From a virus (Duplodnaviria > Caudoviricetes), in IMG/VR virus record IMGVR_UViG_3300025848_000001, positions 32,001-96,000 of that record: a stretch of 64,000 nt of DNA, one strand, 5' to 3'. Under the pieces are notes generated by a model. It worked only from the letters and a program-made list of their open reading frames with translations. It ran no database searches and was not told where the DNA came from. Numbering within the stretch: position 1 is the stretch's first letter; every line of letters begins with the position of its first letter. The position numbers were made by a program, and so were the translations under genes. Of this stretch, positions 23,546-33,476 are shown in pieces.

Positions 23546-23909
23546 TTTCTCCTCCGTCTAACAATGTTAACTGTGTATAAGAAGCATTGTTATATGTTGA
23601 TTCTGGTGCACCACCATCAAGTCCTATTATAACAGGAATTTCTTCTTCAACATTAGATTCGTTGTTAATATCTGTATTAAAGTTAATTGTTTCTTGTATA
23701 TCAATAGTATGAACATCTCCATCATATGAATGTGTATGCATATAAAATGGAGCAGGATCTGTAGAACCTGGAGTTAAATCAACCCAAATTGCACCATTAT
23801 AAATTTTTATGTTTTTAGAAACTGTATTAAAGTAAACATCTCCAGTAGAACCAGCAGCAGGATCTTCTTCTAATGTTACTAAGTTTAATAATGATTTAAG
23901 CTTTGGCAT
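23535..23909 (-). CDS. Structural protein
   Basis: GDVYFNT...IYNG..W fibre motif. Confidence 0.6.
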   Translation of the reverse strand: MPKLKSLLNLVTLEEDPAAGSTGDVYFNTVSKNIKIYNGAIWVDLTPGSTDPAPFYMHTHSYDGDVHTIDIQETINFNTDINNESNVEEEIPVIIGLDGGAPESTYNNASYTQLTLLDGGEIGN

Positions 23910-23920
23910 TATTAAACTCC

Positions 23921-25462
23921 TTATCCGATAACGACTACTCTGTAAGCTCCAGCTGAAGGCGCCACCGCAAACTTAATAGTAATTGCAGATGTTGATGTAT
24001 GTTCTACGTCTGCCTCTATTTGTGCAAATGGAGAACCGACTTCATAAATTTGTACAGTAACATCTTTTGTTCCAAGATTATGAGTTACAGTATATGATGT
24101 TGCTGATGTGCTTAATGTAGCACTATACTTTCTTGTTATCTCATGATAATTTATACCATCATTAGTTAGTTGCCATTGATCAGCAGATTCACTCCATTTA
24201 ATATCTACATCATTTTCTATTCCACGATGTACTTTAATGCCTGCATCTACTGAAGGAGAATTCTCCTCTGGCATATCACTATTTAAGTTAATATAATTAT
24301 CAGAAATATTAACTTGTGTTGTATTTACAGCATTGATATTACCAGTAACATTTAAGTCTCCACCAACATTTAAGTTATTAGCAATTGTTACATCATCTGG
24401 CAATCCAATTGTTACTGCAGCTGTTTCTGAGCCAGACCCAGATACTGTAATTTCATTAGCAGTTCCTTGAATTGTAGCAACATATGCGCCTGTAGTGTCA
24501 TCGCCAAGGGCTACTGAATTAGGCTGTACGGTTGTAGATATTGTTACATTTTGGCTGCCATCAAATGATACAGAACCAGCAACGTCTCCAGATAGAGAAA
24601 TTGTTCTTGCTGTTTCTAATTGTGATGCAGTATCTGCATTTCCAGTTAAATCTCCAGTAACATTTCCAGTAATTGTTCCAGCTACTGTTAAATTTTGATT
24701 TGCCTGTATATTTCCATCAAATGTTGCTGTGGAAGCTACATCTAATGTGGAATTTACATCTACTCCGCCTGCAACTGTTAAGAAGCTTCCGTTTGCAATA
24801 ATTACATCTTCATTAAATGTAGTTTCACCATTTACTACGGTTACTCCGCTTATATTTAAAGATGAATTTATGTCTACTGGATTATTAAATGTAGCATCTC
24901 CAGAAACAGTAAGTGATGTACCTAGTGTAACTGCTCCATCTACATTTAATGTACTATCTAGATCTACTGAGCCAGCAACATTTAGGGAGTCGTTTACTGT
25001 AGTAAATCCTTGTACAGTTGTAAAACCAGAAACTTCTAGATTGCCACCAACAGTTATGTGACCAGATGTGTCTAATGTGGCTGCATTTACATCTGTAACA
25101 TCTAAAGTGTTAGGAATCGAAAGGGTTACGTCTCCATTGCCAGCTTTAGATACTGTTATCTGATTTGTTGTTCCTAGTATATCTGCTACATCATGTTTGT
25201 GATCTGCACGTGCAACATAGGGTGAAGTACCATGACTTACTGCTTCACCAAACTTTAATCTTGTTGTATAATTACCTACACCGAAATCACCAGATGCTGT
25301 TAACCATTCTGTTCCATTCCAGAAATAAAGTAAATTGTCATTTGAATCATAATAAATTTGACCAGTAACTGGGCTGCTTGGTGCAACTCCAAGATTCTGG
25401 ATTCTGGCATTGAGTAATTCGTTTTTATTTAGGTCAATGCTAACCAAAAATTTTCTTGCCAT
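23921..25462 (-). CDS. Tail fibre-like beta-helix protein
   Basis: GQIYYDS..FWNGTEW; LxVxG repeats; [17 protein letters not shown]; HNLGTKDV C-terminus. Confidence 0.75.
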   Translation of the reverse strand: MARKFLVSIDLNKNELLNARIQNLGVAPSSPVTGQIYYDSNDNLLYFWNGTEWLTASGDFGVGNYTTRLKFGEAVSHGTSPYVARADHKHDVADILGTTNQITVSKAGNGDVTLSIPNTLDVTDVNAATLDTSGHITVGGNLEVSGFTTVQGFTTVNDSLNVAGSVDLDSTLNVDGAVTLGTSLTVSGDATFNNPVDINSSLNISGVTVVNGETTFNEDVIIANGSFLTVAGGVDVNSTLDVASTATFDGNIQANQNLTVAGTITGNVTGDLTGNADTASQLETARTISLSGDVAGSVSFDGSQNVTISTTVQPNSVALGDDTTGAYVATIQGTANEITVSGSGSETAAVTIGLPDDVTIANNLNVGGDLNVTGNINAVNTTQVNISDNYINLNSDMPEENSPSVDAGIKVHRGIENDVDIKWSESADQWQLTNDGINYHEITRKYSATLSTSATSYTVTHNLGTKDVTVQIYEVGSPFAQIEADVEHTSTSAITIKFAVAPSAGAYRVVVIG

Positions 25463-25474
25463 TTTTCACTCCCT

Positions 25475-25912
25475 TTAAGACAGATGCGCTGTCCCTGAAA
25501 ACGGCTGTGCCATTGTCAGTGTAATTATATTAAGACTATTATAGACTATTCCTGTTTCTAATATGTCGCCACTACTAGACTTGACTGTAACATTAGGATG
25601 AAACCCTAAATTATGCTCTATTTCTATAGAATATATGCCATCAACTGGCCCAGTAACTTGGGCTAATTCCCAAGAATGGGTCAATGCTATCTGTTTATCT
25701 AATATAAAACTATTATTTATATTCCATGTATTATTGTTTGAGTCTTTTGGACCCCAAAATCTAGTCGTAAGTTTATCAAAATAAAAATCTCCAGGAACTC
25801 CTAGTAAATTTGATGGGTTTCCTTCTCCACTAATAATTGTTCTTCCTGGTGCGCCAGAGGCTCTGACCACAACAAGTGGGTTATTTTCAGTTACTATTAG
25901 TTTTGTTCCCAT
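25475..25912 (-). CDS. Structural protein
   Basis: G.P...LG..GDFY.D...WGPK and HNLG..P.VTV motifs. Confidence 0.65.
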   Translation of the reverse strand: MGTKLIVTENNPLVVVRASGAPGRTIISGEGNPSNLLGVPGDFYFDKLTTRFWGPKDSNNNTWNINNSFILDKQIALTHSWELAQVTGPVDGIYSIEIEHNLGFHPNVTVKSSSGDILETGIVYNSLNIITLTMAQPFSGTAHLS

Positions 25913-26256
25913 TAAATTGTTACGGCTCTATTGAGAGTCATATACCCTTCTAAAAGTCTTGTTTTATTTACACTTGGATCTATAAGCACTAAATCGTATG
26001 CAGATTTTGGATAAAACATTTTATTTGTTCTATCTGCTGCAATAGATATTGATAATTTGCCTTCAGTTGGACTTATTGTAATTCCGTCTTCTTCTGTTAA
26101 TGTAAAAGCTATTTTTTTCCCACCCTGTGTATCTCTTACCTGCATTTTGGCGGTATGAAAATGAAGTTGTATTGGGCTCTCATCCTCGTCTAGATATTGA
26201 ACCTCAAATGTAAAAGTTGAGTTTTGATCAACTTCAAAATTCTTTTGTGCAGCCAT
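25912..26256 (-). CDS. Baseplate/tail-tip Ig-like (BppU-like) protein
   Basis: DQNSTF...AKMQVR...YDL......RLLEG motif. Confidence 0.6.
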   Translation of the reverse strand: MAAQKNFEVDQNSTFTFEVQYLDEDESPIQLHFHTAKMQVRDTQGGKKIAFTLTEEDGITISPTEGKLSISIAADRTNKMFYPKSAYDLVLIDPSVNKTRLLEGYMTLNRAVTI

Positions 26257-26327
26257 TAAATACCCCTAAAATAGGAAAACTCCTATGCTTTATTTTAGCA
26301 TAAGAGTTGTCCTAACTTGATATTAAA

Positions 26328-26555
26328 TTATGCCTTCTTGGTAAATCCAAAACTTGGTTCGTTTGGATTAAGTGCCTTTAAAATAACAGGCAAACATGCT
26401 GCAATTCCACCCTTAATTAAATCTCCTGGGTCTGTGTTGCCAGTCATGTATAGAGCAATAGCGGCACCTAAAAAGTGACGACCATAGCTTGCTAACGCTG
26501 CTAAAATTTTTTCTTGCATTGTTACCTTTCCATCATTATTAAGATCTTCTTTCAT
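26328..26555 (-). CDS. Holin-like small membrane protein
   Basis: Two short hydrophobic segments and a LNP...FG tail. Confidence 0.5.
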   Translation of the reverse strand: MKEDLNNDGKVTMQEKILAALASYGRHFLGAAIALYMTGNTDPGDLIKGGIAACLPVILKALNPNEPSFGFTKKA

Positions 26556-26620
26556 AAAGACCTCCTTATTCTGGGCCTTGTGCCCAGGAATTTAGGGTTT
26601 CCCCTAATTATATTATACTA

Positions 26621-28558
26621 CTAAGCTGAAATATCTACAATCTCACAATTTCCATCGGAAGTACAAGCTAAAGTTTGAGTTCCACTTGTTCCATCTTCTG
26701 TTTCATAAAAAGATAAATCTTCCCAGCGAATAGATTTAGGCATTTTAGAAACAAGCTCTTCATAATCTTCTTTTGTTACTTCTTGATATGGAGCTTGTTT
26801 ATATGAATGATCTGAATGTGGAAGGAATGAAATTCCAGACACTTCGTCAAAATGTTTGTATACCCAAGCACCAACTTCCATCCATTCATCTTCTTTTACA
26901 GATACAGTAATAGATGGTTTATGTTCACACCATGCACGTTGATATACCAACCAAGTATTTAAATGTTCAATAGCTGTTAAATCATTTCTTAGAATTGCGC
27001 CTTCTGGTGCTTTCACTGGAAATGAGAATACGTATGTATCGTTTGGTTTCATAAAATCATCTTCTACAGGAATTCCAACTTCTTTTAAAAATGTAGACAA
27101 AGGATCTTTCTTATCTCCACGAACTGTACGAATGTAATATTGTGAATGCCAAGGGTGCATTCCTGAAGATACCCCTACAAGTTGTGAAACTGTTCCTGAA
27201 GGCTTAACGCATGTTATAGCAGCAGACTCATTAATTCCGATCCTTGTTGCTTCTTCTTTATTTGTATCACGAGCATATTCACGAAGTCCTTCTAGGGTTT
27301 CTTGAAGTTTACTTAAATTTTCTTTTCCAGAAAAAAATTTGTTTCCAAATTGTCCAGTTAAAGATACTCCAAGTAGTCGCTCTTCCTCTGTATTGTCTTT
27401 CCAAATCTTACGAAGATATTTAAAATCTGTAAGTGTAGATTGCCATGTTCCTAGGATTGTAGCTAAGCGAACTTTTTCTGCTACTGTTTTAGGAGTATCA
27501 TTTTCACGAATTACAACTTCGGACAGATTACAGAACTGATAAGGGCGAAGGATAATTTCTGAGCATGGGTTAGTTCCATAATGGATTTCTTCGCTTCTGC
27601 GTCCCCATCTTGCTGCTTGCTTTTGAGCAGCGGCAACATTGTATATGCCACGCTCACCAGATTTTGAGTCATATAAATTCTTCCATTCAGCAATAAACTG
27701 TTCCATTTCTGGTTTACGAGAATACGCTACTGAGTTATTTGATAAAGCTCGTTGAGAATTGTTTTCCCACCAATTACCAGACTTTGCTGCTGCCATTTCA
27801 ATATCATTAATATTAGAAAGAGAAATCATTGCAGATCGACGAACTCCACCAACAACTACAACTTCACCTATCTTACACATAATATCATGAGCTTCAATAG
27901 GCTTCAACTGACGACCTGCTGCACTTTTAAATTTTGCAATTGTAAAGTCAAAAAGGTTTATAAGAGGCTGTGGTCCAGATGAACGACCACCCATTGTTTT
28001 AAGACGTGCACCTGCTGGACGAAGTTTTGAAACATCAATAGATGGAATCTGCCCAGCCCAAAGCATTGCAAGAAGTTCACGATATGCTTTAGCCCAACCA
28101 GTCTTTGAATCTTCTACTACAATGGCTGTAGAAGATTTTTCAAATAATTCTGGAACGGCGGGAAGCTTATTAACATATTTATATTCAACAGAGAAACCTA
28201 CTCCTGTTCCACACATAAGTATATACATTGTTTCATCAAATGATCTTGGATTGTCAACTGGAACAAAAGAACAATTGTATCCTGCAACATGGTCTCTATC
28301 AAGAGCAGCGCCTGCAGTCATTACTGCTCTCATAGATGGCATTACACTTCTGCTATAGACTGCCTCTTTTAGATCTTCAACAAGTTTTGAATCTGGAACA
28401 TAATTAAATGTTTTTAAATGATCTAATATAAAAGCAAAGTATCTATCTACTGTTTCTCCCCAAGTCTCACGACGATTATCTTCCGATAGCCATCTAGCAT
28501 ATCTCGATAATGCAATAAAATTCTCATATGGGTTTTCAATAACTCTTGACATATACAC
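26621..28558 (-). CDS. nrdJ: Class II (B12-dependent) ribonucleotide reductase
   Basis: RRETWGETVDRY, PSMR, GYNC, GGVRRSA, TNPCSEI, CNLSEV, TCVKPSGTVS, C-terminal ACTSDGNCE. Confidence 0.95.
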   Translation of the reverse strand: MYMSRVIENPYENFIALSRYARWLSEDNRRETWGETVDRYFAFILDHLKTFNYVPDSKLVEDLKEAVYSRSVMPSMRAVMTAGAALDRDHVAGYNCSFVPVDNPRSFDETMYILMCGTGVGFSVEYKYVNKLPAVPELFEKSSTAIVVEDSKTGWAKAYRELLAMLWAGQIPSIDVSKLRPAGARLKTMGGRSSGPQPLINLFDFTIAKFKSAAGRQLKPIEAHDIMCKIGEVVVVGGVRRSAMISLSNINDIEMAAAKSGNWWENNSQRALSNNSVAYSRKPEMEQFIAEWKNLYDSKSGERGIYNVAAAQKQAARWGRRSEEIHYGTNPCSEIILRPYQFCNLSEVVIRENDTPKTVAEKVRLATILGTWQSTLTDFKYLRKIWKDNTEEERLLGVSLTGQFGNKFFSGKENLSKLQETLEGLREYARDTNKEEATRIGINESAAITCVKPSGTVSQLVGVSSGMHPWHSQYYIRTVRGDKKDPLSTFLKEVGIPVEDDFMKPNDTYVFSFPVKAPEGAILRNDLTAIEHLNTWLVYQRAWCEHKPSITVSVKEDEWMEVGAWVYKHFDEVSGISFLPHSDHSYKQAPYQEVTKEDYEELVSKMPKSIRWEDLSFYETEDGTSGTQTLACTSDGNCEIVDISA

Positions 28559-28761
28559 CTTTTCCGCCTTTTGGCTAATTATTTTTTATTAAGTAGTTAA
28601 TTCTACCAAAAACATTTTTCTATGTGAAGACTTTTTATATTTTTTATATTAAAAATAAATAGTTTTATTAGTTAACTATAAATAAAATATTTTAGTCAAC
28701 TAACTTGACATGCATTATAAAACAATGTTATTATTATAGTCCGTTATCTCTAATGGAGGAA

Positions 28762-29322
28762 ATGCCAATGGAGAATAAAGAAAAACTTAGTGATGTATTA
28801 CATCATTATGTTGCAATAGCAGTTGGTTTAATGTTTTTATATTCTGGTTCGCCAGTTATTAATTCTACGCCAGCTGAGGCTTTGGTTGTAAAACCAGAGA
28901 CAAAAAATGAAGCACAACTGAAAAGAGAAACGCTGGAAAAATTCAGCAATACTGTATACAAACCTTCAGAAATGCTTACAGACAAAGAATTGAAATCACT
29001 TCTTAGAAATGTAGGATTTGAAGGAAACGCCCTTAAAATGGCGTGGGCTGTAGCTAAAGCGGAGTCTAATGGACGACCTATGGCTTATAACGGCAACAGG
29101 AATACTGGAGACAGTTCCTACGGAATTTTTCAGATCAATATGCTGGGAGCTCTTGGCACAGATCGTAAAGAGAAATTCGAATTGAGATCAAATGTACTTT
29201 TATTTGATCCAGTCATAAACGCAGAGATAACGTATCATATGACTCAAGGCGGAAAGAATTGGTCATCTTGGCCTAATTCTATTAATAAAGCAAAGAAATT
29301 GATAAATCAATTTCCAAAATAG
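28762..29322 (+). CDS. Secreted SLT/lysozyme-like transglycosylase
   Basis: N-terminal hydrophobic segment; AVAKAESNG, DSSYGIFQINM, NWSSW; GGAGG RBS before 28762/28768. Confidence 0.8.
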   Translation: MPMENKEKLSDVLHHYVAIAVGLMFLYSGSPVINSTPAEALVVKPETKNEAQLKRETLEKFSNTVYKPSEMLTDKELKSLLRNVGFEGNALKMAWAVAKAESNGRPMAYNGNRNTGDSSYGIFQINMLGALGTDRKEKFELRSNVLLFDPVINAEITYHMTQGGKNWSSWPNSINKAKKLINQFPK

Positions 29323-29334
29323 TTAGGAGATAAA

Positions 29335-29544
29335 TTGAAGATACAGGTTGTATCCAAATATTTATCTTTAGCAGAAGAGGGCCTTGTTCAAAAAATGGAA
29401 TGTCCATTAGATCAAGGCCTTCTTATGCCAAATCAGGATAACGATGATAAAATATTTTTATATTGTCTTTCTTGTGAGTATAAAAAAATAATAGGCTTAG
29501 AAATGTACAATAAAATGAAAAGAGCTATGGATGCAAAGAGTTGA
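29335..29544 (+). CDS. Zn-finger protein
   Basis: CPLD...CLSC. Confidence 0.65.
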   Translation: MKIQVVSKYLSLAEEGLVQKMECPLDQGLLMPNQDNDDKIFLYCLSCEYKKIIGLEMYNKMKRAMDAKS

Positions 29545-29722
29545 TTTAGATCAAGAACTTGTAAGAATGGTTGCACGTAGTATTCCATGTATACACATGA
29601 ATACTGATTTTTTAGCTGCAAATGCAATATCTGTTTTTTTAAAATATTTAAAAAATTGTAAAGAAAATTCATTATCTCTTGATGATGCAATTAATAATAT
29701 TAAGTTAAAAGATGTCGAATAA
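29531..29722 (+). CDS. Hypothetical protein
   Basis: ORF coupled to its neighbours. Confidence 0.55.
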   Translation: MQRVDLDQELVRMVARSIPCIHMNTDFLAANAISVFLKYLKNCKENSLSLDDAINNIKLKDVE

Positions 29723-29939
29723 CGACGGGTTAGAACCAAAAAATTTAGAAGATAACATACCACTAGTTAGCTATATAATGCTTCATAGAATATATGATGT
29801 ACTTACGCTAATAGCTAATTTATCTTCAAAAACAGAAGAAGATAGACTTCAAATATCAAAAATGGTAGAATATCATAAACAGGGCTACCTGCTAGGGCCT
29901 GCCCCATCTTATAATGAATCAGGAGATAATAATGGATAA
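29712..29939 (+). CDS. Hypothetical protein
   Basis: ORF coupled to its neighbours. Confidence 0.65.
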   Translation: MSNNDGLEPKNLEDNIPLVSYIMLHRIYDVLTLIANLSSKTEEDRLQISKMVEYHKQGYLLGPAPSYNESGDNNG

Positions 29940-30117
29940 AGAATCTATATTAAACCTTATGGTTGATAAATTTGTTGAGGGTAATAGATACCTCGGCGCT
30001 AGCTCTGGAATGACACCAGAGGAAATTGAATTAAAATTATCAGAAGGTATGATGGCAATAAATTATTTATTATCAGAAGTGTATGACGAGCTTCTTGCAA
30101 AAGATTTGCTTAAATAG
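29932..30117 (+). CDS. Hypothetical protein
   Basis: MDKESIL start after an AGGAG RBS. Confidence 0.6.
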   Translation: MDKESILNLMVDKFVEGNRYLGASSGMTPEEIELKLSEGMMAINYLLSEVYDELLAKDLLK

Positions 30118-30132
30118 TAAAATATATACTAT

Positions 30133-30172
30133 CGCAAAACCCTGAAGAATCCGCCTTCTTCAGGGTTTTGTG
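30133..30172 (+). terminator. Long hairpin/terminator
   Basis: GCAAAACCCTGAAGAA-tccgcc-TTCTTCAGGGTTTTGT. Confidence 0.75.
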
Positions 30173-30500
30173 CTGTTTGGTGGTATAATAAAAACATATG
30201 GAAACTAATAAAAAAGTAGAGAAAGTAGCTGAAATTATAAGAATGACAGCTCCAGATTTTACTGTTGCAAAATCTTATTTTTTGGCTTTTAATATAGTAG
30301 AAGCACTTAGAGATTTTCCTGAACAAGATTTAAGGGAGATCCCGTAATGGTTGATGGCCCAAGAAGACATTTTTCTAAACTAATGCATTCTCCATATTTT
30401 CAAACACAGCATTATAAAGAAGAACATACAAGTCTTGAACGAAAAATAGAAAAACCTATTATATATGTATTAAATAAAATATTATTTTGGAAGGATAAAG

Positions 30501-31343
30501 ATGTTTTACGATAGACCTGACTGTACAATACTTTCTAAATCAGTAGATGAATATGGAACGCCTACTGGTGTATTTGTATTTAAAAAAATCATACCTGAAG
30601 ATATGATAAATCATTTTGAATCTCAATTAAAAAAACAAGAAGAAGATGCAGTTGTTAACGTTTATAAAGACACTTTAATCGATTGGTATTCTGAAAAAAC
30701 AACAGCTCCAGTTGATGGAATTATTAATTTATGGGAAACAATTAGTGATATTATCTACCCAGAATATGTTATACACCCCTGCAGAAACTTTTTAAAAGTT
30801 AAACCTGGCGATAATGGAATGTTTACCCATTCAGATTCACCTGGTAAAAACTCTTGTCATTTACTATCTCAAGTAGATGTATTTAAAACATGTTGTATTA
30901 TAGATTATGGCTTAGTAGCATACCTTGGTGATTTTGAAGGTGGTGAAGTGTTTTATCCAAATTTAAATCCTGATGGAACCAAAAAGGTTGATAATTTTGA
31001 TGGGCCTTGTTTAGAATATAAACCAGAAAAGGGAGATGTTATTATTCACGGAGCATTTACTGATTATGCACATGGAGTAAGAGAAGTAAAGTCTGGAATA
31101 AGATACGCATTTTCTAATTTCGTACTTAAGTATGAAGAAAATCCAGGAACTTTTTATAATTATAAAACACAAGAATATTATAATCAAATAGGAGACAAAA
31201 CTTTAGATTTTGAATTAGACTGGATGACTCCACTAAAACAAAATCCACAATTTACTCCAGAACTCATAAAGCAATATCAAGAATCAGGATTAAAAGGCCC
31301 AGATCTAGCAGAACACTTTTTTAAAGATATGGTAGAAAATTAA
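30501..31343 (+). CDS. 2OG-Fe(II) oxygenase
   Basis: HSD...GDFEGGE...HGVREV.SGIRY. Confidence 0.85.
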   Translation: MFYDRPDCTILSKSVDEYGTPTGVFVFKKIIPEDMINHFESQLKKQEEDAVVNVYKDTLIDWYSEKTTAPVDGIINLWETISDIIYPEYVIHPCRNFLKVKPGDNGMFTHSDSPGKNSCHLLSQVDVFKTCCIIDYGLVAYLGDFEGGEVFYPNLNPDGTKKVDNFDGPCLEYKPEKGDVIIHGAFTDYAHGVREVKSGIRYAFSNFVLKYEENPGTFYNYKTQEYYNQIGDKTLDFELDWMTPLKQNPQFTPELIKQYQESGLKGPDLAEHFFKDMVEN

Positions 31344-31397
31344 TACTTATTTAGTGAAAAAGTGCGAAAAAGTGCGGCGGAAGTAGAAGAGAACATT

Positions 31398-31413
31398 TGT
31401 TTCACATGAAACA
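31398..31413. promoter_or_regulatory. parS-like site
   Basis: TGTTTCACATGAAACA, 15/16 match to parS TGTTTCACGTGAAACA; intergenic. Confidence 0.7.
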
Positions 31414-31527
31414 TATTATCCTTTTCTCCTCCAATGATCATTATCTTCATTAAGGGATGCCAATAAGGCAAATGCCATAAGAATAATGCCAGATATACAT
31501 CCAATAAAGAAAGCTATCTCCATATAA

Positions 31528-31719
31528 TCACCATTTACCAAGAGGACATGTGGCATTTTCTAATTTAGCCTTAGCAGGCATAATACAGCCACATTTCTTG
31601 CATTGTTGTGTTAATTGTATTAATTCAGGACATTTATCACAAATATCCAGTCTATAGGTATATAGTTCTTCTTTTGATCTAGGTTGTTTTGGATTAAATA
31701 GGTCCCAGGGTTTTACCAT
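31528..31719 (-). CDS. Cys-rich protein (DUF6171-like)
   Basis: RLDICDKC...QCKKCGC.M..K.....CPLGKW. Confidence 0.7.
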   Translation of the reverse strand: MVKPWDLFNPKQPRSKEELYTYRLDICDKCPELIQLTQQCKKCGCIMPAKAKLENATCPLGKW

Positions 31720-31747
31720 TGATTCCCCCTTTTAAATATTAAGATAG

Positions 31748-31822
31748 TAGGCCTAATCGGATTTGAACCGATACTCGATTGTATATAAGACAATTGCTTT
31801 CACCAGATTAAGCTATAGGCCC
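31748..31822 (-). tRNA. tRNA-Ile, anticodon UAU
   Basis: GGGCCTA/TAGGCCT acceptor; GCTT/AAGC D-stem; ATTGT-CTTATAT-ACAAT anticodon arm; ATCGG-TTCAAAT-CCGAT T-arm; no encoded CCA. Confidence 0.92.
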
Positions 31823-32077
31823 AAAGAATATTTGGATTGCTATGCCAGATATGATGGTTATTATGGCTATTGCTGTTATGGTGATAAGTAGTCTCATTTT
31901 AGATTTTTCCCGCCTTTTCTTGTATATATATAATATATATTATATAGTGATATCTGGGAATATTAGATTTTAGGAAAGCCCCCCTACCCCCCAAAAAGAA
32001 AAAATCTTTTAAGAGATAGAGAAGCTACATCTGGTGTATATTGAGTTCCAGTGTAAGCCCCCACAAACCAAACATAA

Positions 32078-32106
32078 GTATAACATTAAAAAAATTGAAG
32101 AGTCAA
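32078..32106 (-). promoter_or_regulatory. Sigma70-type promoter upstream of a structured leader and the tRNA
   Basis: Minus strand TTGACT-18 bp-TATACT with TG extension. Confidence 0.6.
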
Positions 32107-32115
32107 TAGGTTTTA

Positions 32116-32730
32116 TTATTCTATTTTAGTCGACTTCAATATTTCTGTATACAATTTTTCAATTTCAGGATATAAAAAATTTTCTTTAACTAAGGTATCT
32201 ATAAGTTTTCTATTATCTGATTTTTCTTTAGGACTTCTTGCTTCTAATCCAGAAATTGTTATACCTTCAAATATAAAATCATTCTCCATGCTATTTGGTA
32301 AATCTTTGTTAATATTTAAATTAAATTTAGATATTATTTTTTCAAACACTAATTTTGGATTATCTACAACATCTTTAAATAAAACAAAATAAACTTTTTT
32401 ATCTTTTATTTTATTTAAAAACATAAAATGATTATAACAGTAATCGTCAATTAATTTTTTAACAGCATCTAAATTAGAGATATCTATTTTTTGTTCATCT
32501 GGTATGTATTTATATGCAATGGATCTATCATGTCTTTCTACAGCTGAAGCTATGCAATTATCTGGAGATCTAAGTATACAGATATGATCTTCATTTTCTA
32601 ATATGTCATCAGCATTATGAGACTTTGTATAAACATTTACATATGCATTTTCATTTATAAAAGATTGTAAAAATGTATTTCCAGAACCAGCTGGAGAAGT
32701 CAAATATATTGTTTTTAAATTATTTGTCAT
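32116..32730 (-). CDS. Sulfotransferase-like/P-loop protein
   Basis: TSPAGSGNTFL, KSH, ILRSPDNCIAS, FKDVVDNP. Confidence 0.55.
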   Translation of the reverse strand: MTNNLKTIYLTSPAGSGNTFLQSFINENAYVNVYTKSHNADDILENEDHICILRSPDNCIASAVERHDRSIAYKYIPDEQKIDISNLDAVKKLIDDYCYNHFMFLNKIKDKKVYFVLFKDVVDNPKLVFEKIISKFNLNINKDLPNSMENDFIFEGITISGLEARSPKEKSDNRKLIDTLVKENFLYPEIEKLYTEILKSTKIE

Positions 32731-33476
32731 AGTTTATCAAAAATAAATTTATAATAACCCCAATGTTTATTATTATATCTTAAGTATGATTGAGATGAAA
32801 CAAAAGTCATAAATTCTGAAATTGATTTTTCTGAAATCCAATGGGCCATCGACTCTTGATCTTCTAAACAAGCCGCTTTAACGTTTTCAGTTATATCTTC
32901 GTAACTTAAAATGTTAAATTTTCCAATTGATTTTTTTATTGCATCAAGTGATCTTAATCCATTATCTAGTGCTTTTTGACTAATTGCATAGTTATCCATT
33001 AAAACTAGTCGACCATTTTTTTTGAGTACTCTATAAGCGTTTTCAAAAAATAAATCTAAGTTATCATATGCATGACAAGATTCTATGCAGATAATTAAAT
33101 CAAATGATTCATCAGGGTAATGTAAATTTTGAGCATCTCCTAAAATATAATTTAAATTATGATGATTACTGTTTTTAGTACAAAATATTATATTTTCTGG
33201 AGTTATATCACAAGCATAATAAGATGTAATAGGTTTATTTTCTATTATCCACTTTGATCCGCCGCCACGGCCACATCCTATTTCTAAAATATTTTTTTCA
33301 TATAAATCAATGTTTTCAAGAGCTTTATTATAAAGTGTTATTTGATGTTTAAATGGTAAATTTTCTACTTCAGGATCTGCAGGACAAAAACCATGATTCA
33401 TAAATGATAATGGGTAGTTTCCCAAAATATCATTTATTTCTTTATATATTTTTTGCTGCATAATTTTATTATACAC
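32727..33476 (-). CDS. Class I SAM methyltransferase
   Basis: FMNHGF, ILEIGCGRGGG, GDAQNL..PDESFD, RVLKKNG. Confidence 0.88.
   Translation of the reverse strand: MYNKIMQQKIYKEINDILGNYPLSFMNHGFCPADPEVENLPFKHQITLYNKALENIDLYEKNILEIGCGRGGGSKWIIENKPITSYYACDITPENIIFCTKNSNHHNLNYILGDAQNLHYPDESFDLIICIESCHAYDNLDLFFENAYRVLKKNGRLVLMDNYAISQKALDNGLRSLDAIKKSIGKFNILSYEDITENVKAACLEDQESMAHWISEKSISEFMTFVSSQSYLRYNNKHWGYYKFIFDKL

Noticed and set aside
17833-25462. Diversity-generating retroelement acting on the Mtd-like fibre
   Set aside because: No reverse transcriptase or TR/VR pair is visible in the window
26621-28558. Intein or intron in the RNR gene
   Set aside because: Continuous 645-aa ORF of normal size with no splicing motifs
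28560-28760. c-di-AMP or B12 riboswitch between nrdJ and the transglycosylase
   Set aside because: The region is AT-rich with no recognisable conserved riboswitch core
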